Source: a virus
Length of the DNA stretch: 64,000 nt
Virus record (IMG/VR): IMGVR_UViG_3300044940_000489
Span: 1 to 64,000 of that record
Direction: 5' to 3' (one strand)
Shown: one piece after another, positions 37,814 to 47,693 of the stretch
Layout: the number at the start of each line of letters is the position of its first letter
How positions within the stretch are numbered: the first letter of the stretch is position 1
Translations under genes and position numbers: made by a program
Notes under the pieces: model-generated
What the model was told of the DNA's origin: nothing
What the model saw: only the letters and a program-made list of their open reading frames with translations
The model's database searches: none

Positions 37814-39298
37814 CTAGGTTAGTGCCAAAGACCAACGCTTCTTGCCGCAATTCCATATTCTAAAATAGCCCTGCTCTAGCCTTAGCTGATGCTCAGTCTT
37901 TCCTGTTGTACGCTCTTGAGCCGTCTTTTTAAGAGATTGCTTGGAGTATCTATTGGGCCCCTTAATGTAGCTATAATCTGGCTTCATGTCTTCTTCCATA
38001 GTGAAGCCGCAAGCCTCGTAGACAGCGCCGTCGCTTATAGAGTTATCGGACCAAGTTATAATGGTCTTGTAGCGCATACGGATCAGACTTGGCACCGAAT
38101 GAGAGATTAATTTCTTGGCACCGCCAACAATACTTATTCCTGATTTAAAGCAGAGGCGATTCAGTACTATTTGGCCCGATCCTGATCCCCTGTGGTGTTT
38201 GCCGTAGGTGACTACGCCGACAATCTCTTCTTTATGTAATAGACCTACGGCATATTGAATTGAATTCGGGGCACCCTGAATATGATACTTGTTGAGAAAG
38301 GCTTTGGCCTCCGGAGCCACTATCTCGCGTGCATCACAATCTCTTGCGTATATTTTTTTATTTATTCCTAGCTTAGAAGACAAGTAGCCCTTTACTTGGT
38401 CTTTTCTGTCTCGCCACTGGTCTTCAAAAATGTGTATAACCTGCTTAATACCATTAGCCTTAGCTAGCTTGTTCTTATTAATGTGATAGTTTGGCCCCTT
38501 TCCCGTAGCTTCCGAATGCCAGTAAAGGCCGTTATACTCGATTCCGATATTGAGATCCGGAATATAAATATCAATTTCTAATTCGCGACCAAACTTTTTG
38601 CGATTTAGTGCATTAATGCCCAAAGAGCGTACCCATTCAAATAGCTCTACCTCACACTCTGATGTGCCAGTCATGTATCCAATGTTTGCGGCGCTAAATG
38701 CCTGGTCCACCATTCCAAGATCTGAAAGATATTTGGCTGCTCCGGAATATTTTTTATTAAACTCATTTCGAGTCTTGCACTCGGCCATCTTGTCTACACA
38801 GACATCGAACGTCCATTTTTTGTTGACAGGCTTGCGCGGAGCTTTCGGGATAATCGCTTGAACTTCAGACAGCATGCCAGCTTTTGAGGCGTACATATAC
38901 GCTTGCCTGTATGTTTGCCTAAAGGCTGTATAGCTCTCACATTGCCTAGCAATATCTAATACAGATTCTTTGGTCCACTTTTTATTGTGTGGTATTTTAG
39001 GGCTGGAGCGGAAGACCGATTTTAATTCTTTTAAATATCCGTTCGCAACAGCATGCTTGTAGGCGCCTGAGTATTTCTGTATAAAATCTGATATATTGGC
39101 GGACTCTTCTGTCTTGGATAGTACTAGGTCTTTTGTCCAATTAGTGACCGCCTGATCCATATGCTGGCACACTTGATTGAGCCACCCATTTCTATGCGCA
39201 GCGGCATAGTATGGCCGAGCACGCTTTTCAAACTCTTTGCGAAAAGAATATTTCTTGGCTTCGATTGCGATAGATTCAAGTGTATATTTTTTAGTCAC
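37814..39298 (-). CDS. putative homing endonuclease (PD-(D/E)xK, Hef-like) with N-terminal DNA-binding repeats
   Basis: repeated (K/N)WT...Y..A...G.L modules, EIDIYIPDLNIGIEYNGLYWHS, KIYAR.C, WSD, GYFRIWNCG. Confidence 0.75.
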   Translation of the reverse strand: MTKKYTLESIAIEAKKYSFRKEFEKRARPYYAAAHRNGWLNQVCQHMDQAVTNWTKDLVLSKTEESANISDFIQKYSGAYKHAVANGYLKELKSVFRSSPKIPHNKKWTKESVLDIARQCESYTAFRQTYRQAYMYASKAGMLSEVQAIIPKAPRKPVNKKWTFDVCVDKMAECKTRNEFNKKYSGAAKYLSDLGMVDQAFSAANIGYMTGTSECEVELFEWVRSLGINALNRKKFGRELEIDIYIPDLNIGIEYNGLYWHSEATGKGPNYHINKNKLAKANGIKQVIHIFEDQWRDRKDQVKGYLSSKLGINKKIYARDCDAREIVAPEAKAFLNKYHIQGAPNSIQYAVGLLHKEEIVGVVTYGKHHRGSGSGQIVLNRLCFKSGISIVGGAKKLISHSVPSLIRMRYKTIITWSDNSISDGAVYEACGFTMEEDMKPDYSYIKGPNRYSKQSLKKTAQERTTGKTEHQLRLEQGYFRIWNCGKKRWSLALT

Positions 39299-39334
39299 AC
39301 TAATATTGTATTATATAATATTTAATTGAGCAAC

Positions 39335-39366
39335 AAAAAAGGCAGCCCAGAGGCTGCCTGTTTTTG
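39335..39366 (-). terminator. rho-independent terminator after tail tube gene (potentially bidirectional)
   Basis: AAAAAA-GGCAGCC-CAGA-GGCTGCC-TG-TTTTTT. Confidence 0.8.
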
Positions 39367-39389
39367 TGTTTATCATGTATTTAGAATAA

Positions 39390-39857
39390 TTATGTTCCGC
39401 TGTTCAGATCTGAAGCTCCAGAAGACTCGCCCTGAGATCCTGATTCATCCTCGCTTCGGAGTCCTAGGAACGAAACTTGGAAGGCGGATATTGACCGAGC
39501 GCTTACGTCAGTTGAGTAGCCTACTGGGCGCACACCAACTACAGTCATGATCTGCTTATTGGTTTGACGATCCAAGATCGACAAGCTGATATCTTCATGA
39601 TTCAACAAGTCTTGTAGCTTAGGCAAGGCGGCTGCTACATATGCCCCGTTATCTATGATACGGAATCCAGTAGCCTGGACACTGATGGCTTCTTGGCCTG
39701 CATAAGTAATCTCTGCAGGTGAGAACCGGCCAAGGATGTAGCTTGGGATTGCATCGTAGGCAACGCCCCAGCTGCAGCTTGTGAAGAGGCCCACAATTTT
39801 ACCATTAACGATTAGCTGGGCTCTTGCACCACTAAGAATTTTTTGAGTAGCACCCAT
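39390..39857 (-). CDS. tail tube protein
   Basis: directly follows sheath; AAGGAG RBS; 155 aa, LIVNGKIVG, LGRFSP.E pattern. Confidence 0.85.
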   Translation of the reverse strand: MGATQKILSGARAQLIVNGKIVGLFTSCSWGVAYDAIPSYILGRFSPAEITYAGQEAISVQATGFRIIDNGAYVAAALPKLQDLLNHEDISLSILDRQTNKQIMTVVGVRPVGYSTDVSARSISAFQVSFLGLRSEDESGSQGESSGASDLNSGT

Positions 39858-39882
39858 TGTAATGACTCCTTATCAATCTCTA

Positions 39883-42702
39883 TTACGCTGCGCTTGAAGA
39901 CTTGATGCCTTCGATGCTGAGAGTAATTGGAATAAACTTGATCGCGTTAGCGAGTACGGCCACAACTGAAACTTCTAGCACGTTACCGTTAATGTTAACA
40001 TTGATAGATTTCCAGCCGCCTGGGGCATCTTTGGTGCCTACAGTAAACTTAAGCGACAAGAACTCAGCCATTTTTGACTTAACAAATGATACGGCGACTT
40101 GGTCAGTCACGTCAGCCACTGATTCGCCAACGAAAGCATTCTTAAGGCTTTGAGCCAGGCTTAGGGCCATTAGGTCGGCTACGTATACCGCTTGAATGCT
40201 ATTGTATACGATGTTATTGTCCAGGCCGTAAGTGGTTTGGTCCGTAAGGAAAACATACCCGCCAGCTTCTTGGCGCTGGATTGGGATCAATCCTGCCAAA
40301 ATTGCATCTTCACAATCTGTTATGTTTTCATCGTCGAAGTCTCCAGCAGCCTGAATAGCCTTAACGATATTAACCGTCTTGTTGAAGATTGCTTTGTAAG
40401 CACCAGCCGCTTGCATGCCTGCAGCTTTTACTGCGCCCATCCAAGGCTGGAACTGCTCAATATCTCCTTGAGAATTGACATCCGAAACGTCTTGGAAGAA
40501 ATGAGCAATACGGAAGTTGGCCATGCTGGCTGCAGAAGCCTTGGCTACTGCAAATGTACCGCGCTTAGAAACAAAACCCATTCTATGGCGCTTTACTTTA
40601 GGAGTAGACATTGCAATACAGTGAGCCTTAACGGCTGCGTTACAGGCATCTACTGTGTAAGTAGATCCAGCTTCTGTGTCGCCGCTAGCGATGTCTTGAG
40701 CTGCGTCTCTTGAAATAAGGGGCACAACAAAATTGCAGCGGACGCCCTGAAGAGCATCGATAGCTTCTGTAAGCTGAAGCCCAGAGGTAGTGCCCTTGGC
40801 TCCGCCTGACAAGAACGCAAAGTCATTATCTTCAGGAAGGCCAGCCGTAGCGATTTCTTCATACTCAGCTAGTGCAGATGCCTTTGAAGGCGATGCGCTG
40901 GCGCCATTAAGATCCCAAAGGTCGCGCTTTACACGGCCTGGGCGTGCACCCAAATCAGAGCAGATAGTAATCGTCATTTCATCAAGAACAGACGGGCTTC
41001 TAGAAGCCTCAAGAGCGTTGGTCGCTGCTGCAGAATATCCTGGTAGAGCGTTAATTTTGGTGACCAGGTCACTGATTGAAGCAATTTCATCCAAGTTAAT
41101 GTCTTGGTTGGCACCAGCTCCGCCGGTTACAGTAGTTTGAAGGCGCTTGACTCCAGAAACTTTCTGGATTGTCATGGAGGCAGTAGTCCCGTTGTACCCA
41201 ATGCTCAGCACTACGTTTCCGCCGACATTATTGAAGGTCTCTTCCTGGGCTGTAGAGGTACGCTTAAGAACTAGCTTAATACGTCGCTCCGCAGATGAAG
41301 TAAGCAAAGCGCCAATAAATGATGCAGCGCTGTCTACTCCTAATGACTTAAATAGAGTGTTAATGTTAACTGATCCAGCGTTATCCTGAATCTCTAGAGC
41401 TTTGCCCGCACCCTTGATTTGTTTATCATAAATAGAAAGGTCTGTAGCTGCAGCGATAGGCGCTGCGGCCACTGCCACTGGGCTTCCATTGGATAGCCGC
41501 GCAGCCTTAACATAAGCAGACAATGTGGTGTTAGACACTTCTACAATAGAATACCAGCCGACGTTAGCAGATCCAGCGCCCTGGTATGGGGAGCCGGAGG
41601 GGATATACATAATATCGCCAACTCTTGGCTTCTGAGCCCAAAGCGAGCCGCCAGCAAGAGTAGCCGTAAGCTGTGAGCCAGATACGGTAACCGTTAGGTT
41701 TATACCTGTTAGGCCGGTCAATACGTTACGGTTTGTACCGGACATATTGTCGATTCGGATTGATGAATAGCCTACAATATCGTTAGCTGGTGTGCCAGAA
41801 AAAGCAGTAGGGGCTACGTTGGCAGGTGCACCAGAAGTAATTTTCTTTGCAGAAATTTCTGCCAGAGTGGCTGTGTTAGAGACAGCCGTAACCAAGTACC
41901 AGCCGACGTTTTCGTTAGAGCCGCCAGCTACTACTGAGCCAGATGGCACTCTAATGGTATCTCCCACTGCAGGAGAGTTAGCCCAAACGTCTGGGGCAGC
42001 AAGCTTAAACTTTACGTTTTGGCCAGATACTACTGCTACTTCTAACGTGTCTGAAACAGTTAGACCGGCAGTAATGTTGCGGTTAACTCCGCCAACAGCA
42101 TTCAAATTTGACAGACCCACAACCGCAGAAGCAAAAGCTGATGGGGCGGTATCTGCTGAAATGGCAAGCGTTTGCTTAGATCCGCCATTTACGCGCACAG
42201 CCATGGAAGCAGCCGATGCAGATGGCACGTAAGAGAATGTTCCAGTAGTCGGAGCAGCTTCAGCCTGTGAGCTTGTAATCTCCTGCTGAATCTCGTTTCC
42301 GAGCTTGCCGCCTCGCTTAGCGATGAAGGTACCGTGTCCGTCTGCTGTATCTCTCTCGGCCTTGGCTGAGCTGTTGGTTTTTACCAAGATGACTCGCTGA
42401 GCCGATCCCTGAATTCTTGGGGAGGCCGATGGGGCAGACAGGCCTCTAAAGGCATCTACCAATCTTCCTGAACCATATTTTGCTACTACGCGGTTGATAT
42501 CAGTAGGTGAAAATGCGTTATCTGAAAGCTTTTTCCCGTCTGTTTTATCTTGACTCCAAGAAGGCCCCTCGTCAGCCTCACCGACCAGAGCCACTACACC
42601 AGAAGTAGCTAGACCAGCGGGGTTGGTTTCAACAATAATATCAACACTGCTGTCAGGGATAATAAGCTGTGTCCCTGAAGAAGTAACGAATACTGATGCC
42701 AT
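39883..42702 (-). CDS. contractile tail sheath protein
   Basis: VVALVGEADEGP..YGSG.LVDA N-terminus, LSGG..G, DQTT, C-terminal IKFIPIT; duplicated inserted domain (NVGWY x2). Confidence 0.9.
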   Translation of the reverse strand: MASVFVTSSGTQLIIPDSSVDIIVETNPAGLATSGVVALVGEADEGPSWSQDKTDGKKLSDNAFSPTDINRVVAKYGSGRLVDAFRGLSAPSASPRIQGSAQRVILVKTNSSAKAERDTADGHGTFIAKRGGKLGNEIQQEITSSQAEAAPTTGTFSYVPSASAASMAVRVNGGSKQTLAISADTAPSAFASAVVGLSNLNAVGGVNRNITAGLTVSDTLEVAVVSGQNVKFKLAAPDVWANSPAVGDTIRVPSGSVVAGGSNENVGWYLVTAVSNTATLAEISAKKITSGAPANVAPTAFSGTPANDIVGYSSIRIDNMSGTNRNVLTGLTGINLTVTVSGSQLTATLAGGSLWAQKPRVGDIMYIPSGSPYQGAGSANVGWYSIVEVSNTTLSAYVKAARLSNGSPVAVAAAPIAAATDLSIYDKQIKGAGKALEIQDNAGSVNINTLFKSLGVDSAASFIGALLTSSAERRIKLVLKRTSTAQEETFNNVGGNVVLSIGYNGTTASMTIQKVSGVKRLQTTVTGGAGANQDINLDEIASISDLVTKINALPGYSAAATNALEASRSPSVLDEMTITICSDLGARPGRVKRDLWDLNGASASPSKASALAEYEEIATAGLPEDNDFAFLSGGAKGTTSGLQLTEAIDALQGVRCNFVVPLISRDAAQDIASGDTEAGSTYTVDACNAAVKAHCIAMSTPKVKRHRMGFVSKRGTFAVAKASAASMANFRIAHFFQDVSDVNSQGDIEQFQPWMGAVKAAGMQAAGAYKAIFNKTVNIVKAIQAAGDFDDENITDCEDAILAGLIPIQRQEAGGYVFLTDQTTYGLDNNIVYNSIQAVYVADLMALSLAQSLKNAFVGESVADVTDQVAVSFVKSKMAEFLSLKFTVGTKDAPGGWKSINVNINGNVLEVSVVAVLANAIKFIPITLSIEGIKSSSAA

Positions 42703-42728
42703 TATGCGCTCCTATAAACTAAAAAAAC

Positions 42729-42761
42729 ATTAAGTTAATACTGTAACTATTTGAAAACACT
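42729..42761 (-). promoter_or_regulatory. putative late promoter of the sheath operon
   Basis: minus strand TTTCAAATAGTTA-N7-AACTTAAT, ~27 nt upstream of the sheath ATG. Confidence 0.6.
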
Positions 42762-42764
42762 CAA

Positions 42765-43031
42765 TTAATCTTCGACCGGTATGCCAAAATTTTTAATTCC
42801 GTGAATCCACATCTCAGGCTGATCCAGCCATCCATTTGCCTGCAAATGCGCTTTGCATGCAATTAGATGAATGTCACGACCGTTTTTTACTACCGCAGAC
42901 CAGCAAGCTTCAAAATTAGGCCACTGCTGAACAGGGGCTCGATTTTGAACTTCAATAGGAGACGTAGGAATCACTTCCTTTTCGAGTGGGGTACTGATCT
43001 GAATACTATCTCGTCTCTTTTTCCTGCTCAT
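42765..43031 (-). CDS. hypothetical protein
   Basis: 88 aa, AAGGA RBS. Confidence 0.65.
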   Translation of the reverse strand: MSRKKRRDSIQISTPLEKEVIPTSPIEVQNRAPVQQWPNFEACWSAVVKNGRDIHLIACKAHLQANGWLDQPEMWIHGIKNFGIPVED

Positions 43032-43041
43032 ATTATTATCC

Positions 43042-43566
43042 TTACTTTTTATTATGAGGGCTTCTGCGCTGAGACGGGTCCTTAAGGGTTCTTAGGTGTT
43101 CCATCATTTCTTTGGCTTCTTTGGCTGGCATTTTTTGGGCGTGCTCTCTAATAGAGTCCCCGTGCTCGGCTATTTCATGAGCTGCATGCTCAGGTGTGCC
43201 CGGCTTATGAGGCTTGTCGTCCTTTTTAAGGCCCCAAGATTTCTTCATAGCACAGCTCTTAACATATTTAAGAAACTTAGTGCCTGTTTCCGATTTCCAG
43301 CATTTTCCCATCTCTTCCGACAATTTAAGGTTCGGTGACTTAGGGGCCTCCGGTGCCTTAATTTTGGGCGCTCTTTTGGGGGGTGCGGCAGGAGCAATAC
43401 TCAGCCCCTTATCATGGGCCTTATCTAGCAGTGTCCCGGGGAGCTTAGTCTTGGGATCGGCTTTTTTAAGGACATCAATCGCCGCATCGATCTTTTCTGA
43501 AAGCTCTTTCTTCTTAAGCGCCACTATTGCGCCACTAACTTTTTGATAGAAACTCATTTTTTTCAT
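43042..43566 (-). CDS. basic putative inner-head protein
   Basis: Lys-rich; LKKAD, CWKSE, MKKSW motifs. Confidence 0.6.
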   Translation of the reverse strand: MKKMSFYQKVSGAIVALKKKELSEKIDAAIDVLKKADPKTKLPGTLLDKAHDKGLSIAPAAPPKRAPKIKAPEAPKSPNLKLSEEMGKCWKSETGTKFLKYVKSCAMKKSWGLKKDDKPHKPGTPEHAAHEIAEHGDSIREHAQKMPAKEAKEMMEHLRTLKDPSQRRSPHNKK

Positions 43567-46500
43567 TATGCCCTCTTAATCTGCTTTAATTTACTCATTA
43601 GATTGCCTAGTACTTTTTTATTAGAGTCATCTGAATTCAAAATAGTAGGACCACTGATTTTCATTGGCTCACTAATGGTAGTTCTATTAACCTCAACTGG
43701 GCCAGAAACTATCCTGGGGCCAATAGCCGCTTTCTGTACTTTAGGTGCAGACTGTTTGGACTGAAAAGGGGTCTGCATTTTGCCGCTCAGATCTGGGTCA
43801 AAAAGCTTTTGCTGACCTGGCTGCGGACTTACAGGCCCGGACGGAGCTGCCGTTGATACTGGTGGCTTGGGTGCGAATTGCTTCTTGGCATGAAATTCCT
43901 TAAGAGCTGCATCCTTTTTAGCCTGCTTCTCAGCTCGCATCTGATGCATCATTTCCTTAAGATATTTATTTTTATTAAGATCTTCACTTTTTTGTGCCTT
44001 TGTCTTCTTGTTTAAAAAACTAAGGATCTTGGCAGCCCTCTTCTTCTGTTGATCTTGTGAAATAGCAATTGGGCCTTTTTTATCATAATTTAAAATTGGA
44101 TCTTTGGTTTTAATATCATCACCGACAGGGTGTCCAAAATGGTCATAGGAGGGGTCGTGATGAACAGAGGAATCCGTACCGCTATCGTGAATAACGACTT
44201 TAGCAAGGGTTTTGTTTTTTATAAAGTTTTTTAAAATTTGAGATTTTTTCAAATTTTCCCCAATCTTCTCGCTTGATGCGAGCTTTTTCGATTGCTCTTG
44301 TTTATATTTAATATAACTTGGGTTTGCTGCTATAGCTGAACGAACGAGCGAATAATCATCATTTACAAGTCTTTCGTAGTGCCTTGGATCTAGATTTGGA
44401 TTTTCTGCTATAGCTGAACGGACGGACCAATCCTCATCATTTACAAGTCTTTCGTGGTGCCTTGGATCTAGATTTGGGTTTTTTGCTATAGCGAAACGAA
44501 CGGACCGCTTCTCATCATTTACAAGTCTTTCGTAGTGCCTTGGATCTAGATTTGGATTTTTTGCTATAGCTCTACGAACATCCCCATCCTCATCATTTAC
44601 AAGTTTTTCGTGGTGCCTTAGATCTAGATTTGGGTTTTCTGCTATAGCTCTACGAACCTCCCTATCCTCATCATTTACAAGTTTTTCGTAGTGCCTTGGA
44701 TCTAGATTTGGATTTTCTGCTATCGCTGAACGGACGGACCAATGCTCATCATTTACAAGTCTTTCGTAGTGCCTTGGATCTAGGTTTGGGTTTGCTGCTA
44801 TAGCTCTACGAACATCCCCATCCTCATCATTTACAAGTTTTTCGTGGTGACTTGGATCTAGGTTTGGGTTTGCTGCTATGGTTCTACGGACGAGCGAATT
44901 ATCATCATTTACAAGTCTTTCGTAGTGCCTTGGATCTAGATTTGGATTTTTTGCTATAGCTGAACGGACGTACCAATCCTCATCATTTACAAGTCTTTCG
45001 TAATGTCTTGGATCTAGATTTGGGTTTTTTGCTATAGCTCTACGGACGTACGAAACATCATCATTTACAAGTCTTTCGTGATGTCTTGGATCTAGATTTG
45101 GTTTTTCTGCTATAGCTGAACGAACGAGCGTATCATAATCATTTGCAAGTCTTTCGTAGTGCCTTGGATCTAGGTTTGGTTTTTCTGCTATAGCTGAACG
45201 AACGAGCGTATCATAATCATTTGCAAGTCTTTCGTAGTGCCTTGGATCTAGGTTTGGGTTTGCTGCTATAGCTCTACGAACTTCCATATCCTCATCATTT
45301 ACAAGTCTTTCGTGATGTCTTGGATCTAGGTTTGGATTTTTTGCTATAGCTAAACGAACATCTTTATGCTTTTCAGGCAATTTAACGCTTCCAGACAAGA
45401 TTTTTTCTATTCCCTCATTGTCCAAAACAACTAAACCAGGATTGGCCAGCTTGACCTCTTTTTGCAATTTTGGCGATAAATCGTTAAAATCAAAGTTCTT
45501 TTCAGATTCGTAGCCCCCGCCAATAACGCCTTTAATCCTTTTATCTTTTAGTAGATTGGCGATATCCTGGTGATATTCTTTTGCTGGCTTGTCGTTTCCT
45601 CTGCCCTTCATTTCTCCTAAAAAACCATTATTTGAAATAAAAGTCAAATGCGGTTCATGGTAGATTTTATCCCCAACCTTGTGCTCTGTTCTTAAAGATA
45701 GGATTTTATCCCCTTTGGTCTTAGATGGAACATTTCCGCAATGTCCCATTGCTTTGCCTTCATTCTCGCAAGCACCAACACCTAATCCAAACCAGTGTCT
45801 GTTGGGTTTAGTGCCTTGAACCACTTTTTGGGTTTTTGATGAGGGGCTGACAAGGTTTTTATTTTGTTTAATCCTTTCGTTATACGTGCTGTATGCATCT
45901 TGAAAGATTTTTCTTCCAGAATTCAAATCATGCTCTTTATCAAATCTGACTTTAGCCACCTCTGGGATATGAGTAGAACCCCCAAAGTGCTCCAATTCTT
46001 GCTTCACTTCTTTAGTAAAATCGCCGGGATTATTTCTATAATGCCTAGCGGCCCAAATCTGCCAGTTTTGATTTGGTAGGGCTTTTGAAGCCCAATCCGC
46101 GAATTCATGATGATGGGGTTCTGGCTGAGTACCCATCATTTGAAGAATATCTTTTTTACCCTTCTCTAATGGTTCAAAATTTGTTTTTAAGTTTTTTTCA
46201 ATCTTTTCAGGCAAATTCTTGCCCTTAGACTCTTTGTTCCAATGCTCTACAGCTTTTTTGCCGCCCAAAGCCTTCGTCCCGGCAGATGTATTTGCCCATC
46301 TTCTTTGTGCTTCCGAAGAATAAGGCTTCATTAGTGGCTTGTGCTTTTCGCCAGAAATATCCGATTCAGGAAGTCTTGGTTTTGACCCTAGAGATTTTAG
46401 AATTTTACTGGCACTTACTTTTGCGCACGACCCCTTTGAGTACGGCTTTTTGCCTGGAACTGGCGCATAACCCTCCCAGCATCTTTTGTTAAGTCCCTCT

Positions 46501-47255
46501 GACTTACTGCATTTCCAGCGCTTTAGGGCTGCACCTTTTGGGGTAAGCTTGCCATCTTTTGAAGTTGGCCCCTTTACTCCTGACATTCTTGCACAGAAGC
46601 TCTTTCTTCTTTTTGCTGCCTTGCTTCCCGGTTTTACTTTGCCAGTTACTGGACGCTTGAGATTAGAGCCTGTTTCGCGATTATATTTTTTTCTATAGGA
46701 ATCCTTCAGGCCGCCAGACTTAGAGTGCTTATTCTCGTTGTATCCGTGGAATGGCTTTTCTTCTTTTGCAAGGTCAGACTCTTCAAAGTCTGCCATTTCA
46801 ACTTTAATAAACTCTTCGATAGTGTCATTGGATATATCTGATCCCCACAGAAGATCTGCGGTGCCATCTGCGTGCTTTACTAAGACAATCTCATCTGACT
46901 GCGGCATCTCGCTTTTAGGCAGCGGCAGGGGTCTCTGCCTCTTAAGAGCCTCTAAAACCTTTCTAGCTTTTACTTTTGCTATCTCAGCATGTTGCTTGGG
47001 CTCAAGTACTCTGGCATACCCATGTGATATAACGCCAGTCTGGCTGGGGTCAGCTCTTCTGGCTTCTATTCCGATGTCTGAAACACCTGGCCTAACTGTG
47101 CTGACCATTCGCGAGACGGGATCTGGTTGAGAAAACTTTTCTCGCTCTGATCTCAGCTGCCTTTTTGATTGTGGCGACAGCCCCTCATCCTCTCTGGCCT
47201 TAGAGAGTGCTTCAAGTAAGTGCTTTAATTTGTTATTAAAGTCTTTTAATTTCAT
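43566..47255 (-). CDS. multidomain putative inner-head protein (DUF6321-like, CWxGY, PcfJ-like, LRV/HEAT repeats)
   Basis: RRKSFCARM..RWKC; CWEGY..KGSC; EGKAMGHCG..ILSLR..PHLT..EMKGRGN; 26-aa repeats. Confidence 0.75.
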   Translation of the reverse strand: MKLKDFNNKLKHLLEALSKAREDEGLSPQSKRQLRSEREKFSQPDPVSRMVSTVRPGVSDIGIEARRADPSQTGVISHGYARVLEPKQHAEIAKVKARKVLEALKRQRPLPLPKSEMPQSDEIVLVKHADGTADLLWGSDISNDTIEEFIKVEMADFEESDLAKEEKPFHGYNENKHSKSGGLKDSYRKKYNRETGSNLKRPVTGKVKPGSKAAKRRKSFCARMSGVKGPTSKDGKLTPKGAALKRWKCSKSEGLNKRCWEGYAPVPGKKPYSKGSCAKVSASKILKSLGSKPRLPESDISGEKHKPLMKPYSSEAQRRWANTSAGTKALGGKKAVEHWNKESKGKNLPEKIEKNLKTNFEPLEKGKKDILQMMGTQPEPHHHEFADWASKALPNQNWQIWAARHYRNNPGDFTKEVKQELEHFGGSTHIPEVAKVRFDKEHDLNSGRKIFQDAYSTYNERIKQNKNLVSPSSKTQKVVQGTKPNRHWFGLGVGACENEGKAMGHCGNVPSKTKGDKILSLRTEHKVGDKIYHEPHLTFISNNGFLGEMKGRGNDKPAKEYHQDIANLLKDKRIKGVIGGGYESEKNFDFNDLSPKLQKEVKLANPGLVVLDNEGIEKILSGSVKLPEKHKDVRLAIAKNPNLDPRHHERLVNDEDMEVRRAIAANPNLDPRHYERLANDYDTLVRSAIAEKPNLDPRHYERLANDYDTLVRSAIAEKPNLDPRHHERLVNDDVSYVRRAIAKNPNLDPRHYERLVNDEDWYVRSAIAKNPNLDPRHYERLVNDDNSLVRRTIAANPNLDPSHHEKLVNDEDGDVRRAIAANPNLDPRHYERLVNDEHWSVRSAIAENPNLDPRHYEKLVNDEDREVRRAIAENPNLDLRHHEKLVNDEDGDVRRAIAKNPNLDPRHYERLVNDEKRSVRFAIAKNPNLDPRHHERLVNDEDWSVRSAIAENPNLDPRHYERLVNDDYSLVRSAIAANPSYIKYKQEQSKKLASSEKIGENLKKSQILKNFIKNKTLAKVVIHDSGTDSSVHHDPSYDHFGHPVGDDIKTKDPILNYDKKGPIAISQDQQKKRAAKILSFLNKKTKAQKSEDLNKNKYLKEMMHQMRAEKQAKKDAALKEFHAKKQFAPKPPVSTAAPSGPVSPQPGQQKLFDPDLSGKMQTPFQSKQSAPKVQKAAIGPRIVSGPVEVNRTTISEPMKISGPTILNSDDSNKKVLGNLMSKLKQIKRA
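44318..45360 (-). repeat. 78-bp coding tandem repeat, ~13.5 copies (26-aa LRV/HEAT-like)
   Basis: unit xxxxVRxAIAxNPNLDPRH(Y/H)E(R/K)L(V/A)ND; CTTGGATCTA recurs at 44383 and 44461. Confidence 0.95.
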
Positions 47256-47650
47256 TTTTCCCAGTCGCCATTATGGAAATGATTCAAAATATCTCGAACC
47301 GCTTCTCTAATATTTGCGTACAGCTTATGTGACTTGCCTTTATGGCTTCCGTCGTGCCCATGCACAGCAACAGTGATGTGCGGTTCGCCTTGGGCCAGTC
47401 TTTGCATATTAACACACATTTTATAGTGAGGCTGCCCTTCTTTGCCAGTTCCAATTACATGAGTAATATAGCCCGGCGCCCCGAGGTATTGCCCCACATG
47501 CTTAAGAGAGTCCTGCTCTTGTGGGGCAAGCGGCTCGGCCTTGGTAACTTTTGCCTTCGGCTTGTTCATCTGCCTAACCAAAAGGATGGCCTGCGTCAAG
47601 TCCTTGACTTTTCTTAGCTTTTCCATGATTTGGGTTTTGAGATCAGACAT
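47252..47650 (-). CDS. hypothetical protein
   Basis: 132 aa directly downstream of late-promoter motif; VTKAE motif. Confidence 0.65.
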   Translation of the reverse strand: MSDLKTQIMEKLRKVKDLTQAILLVRQMNKPKAKVTKAEPLAPQEQDSLKHVGQYLGAPGYITHVIGTGKEGQPHYKMCVNMQRLAQGEPHITVAVHGHDGSHKGKSHKLYANIREAVRDILNHFHNGDWEK

Positions 47651-47660
47651 ACATTCTTAT

Positions 47661-47693
47661 ATTAAGTTAGCGACTTAAAGTACTGTTTTTACT
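47661..47693 (-). promoter_or_regulatory. putative late promoter
   Basis: minus strand AAACAGTACTTTA-N7-AACTTAAT, 11 nt before ATG 47650. Confidence 0.55.

Noticed and set aside
39883-42702. Bacterial contractile injection system (eCIS/T6SS/tailocin) instead of a phage
   Set aside because: Neck/head-associated genes, a homing-endonuclease-like gene, early small-gene islands and the absence of a bacterial housekeeping context indicate a large phage genome
44318-45360. CRISPR array or DGR template/variable region
   Set aside because: Units are contiguous, in-frame 78-bp coding repeats with no unique spacers; variation is not adenine-specific; no cas or reverse transcriptase gene in the window
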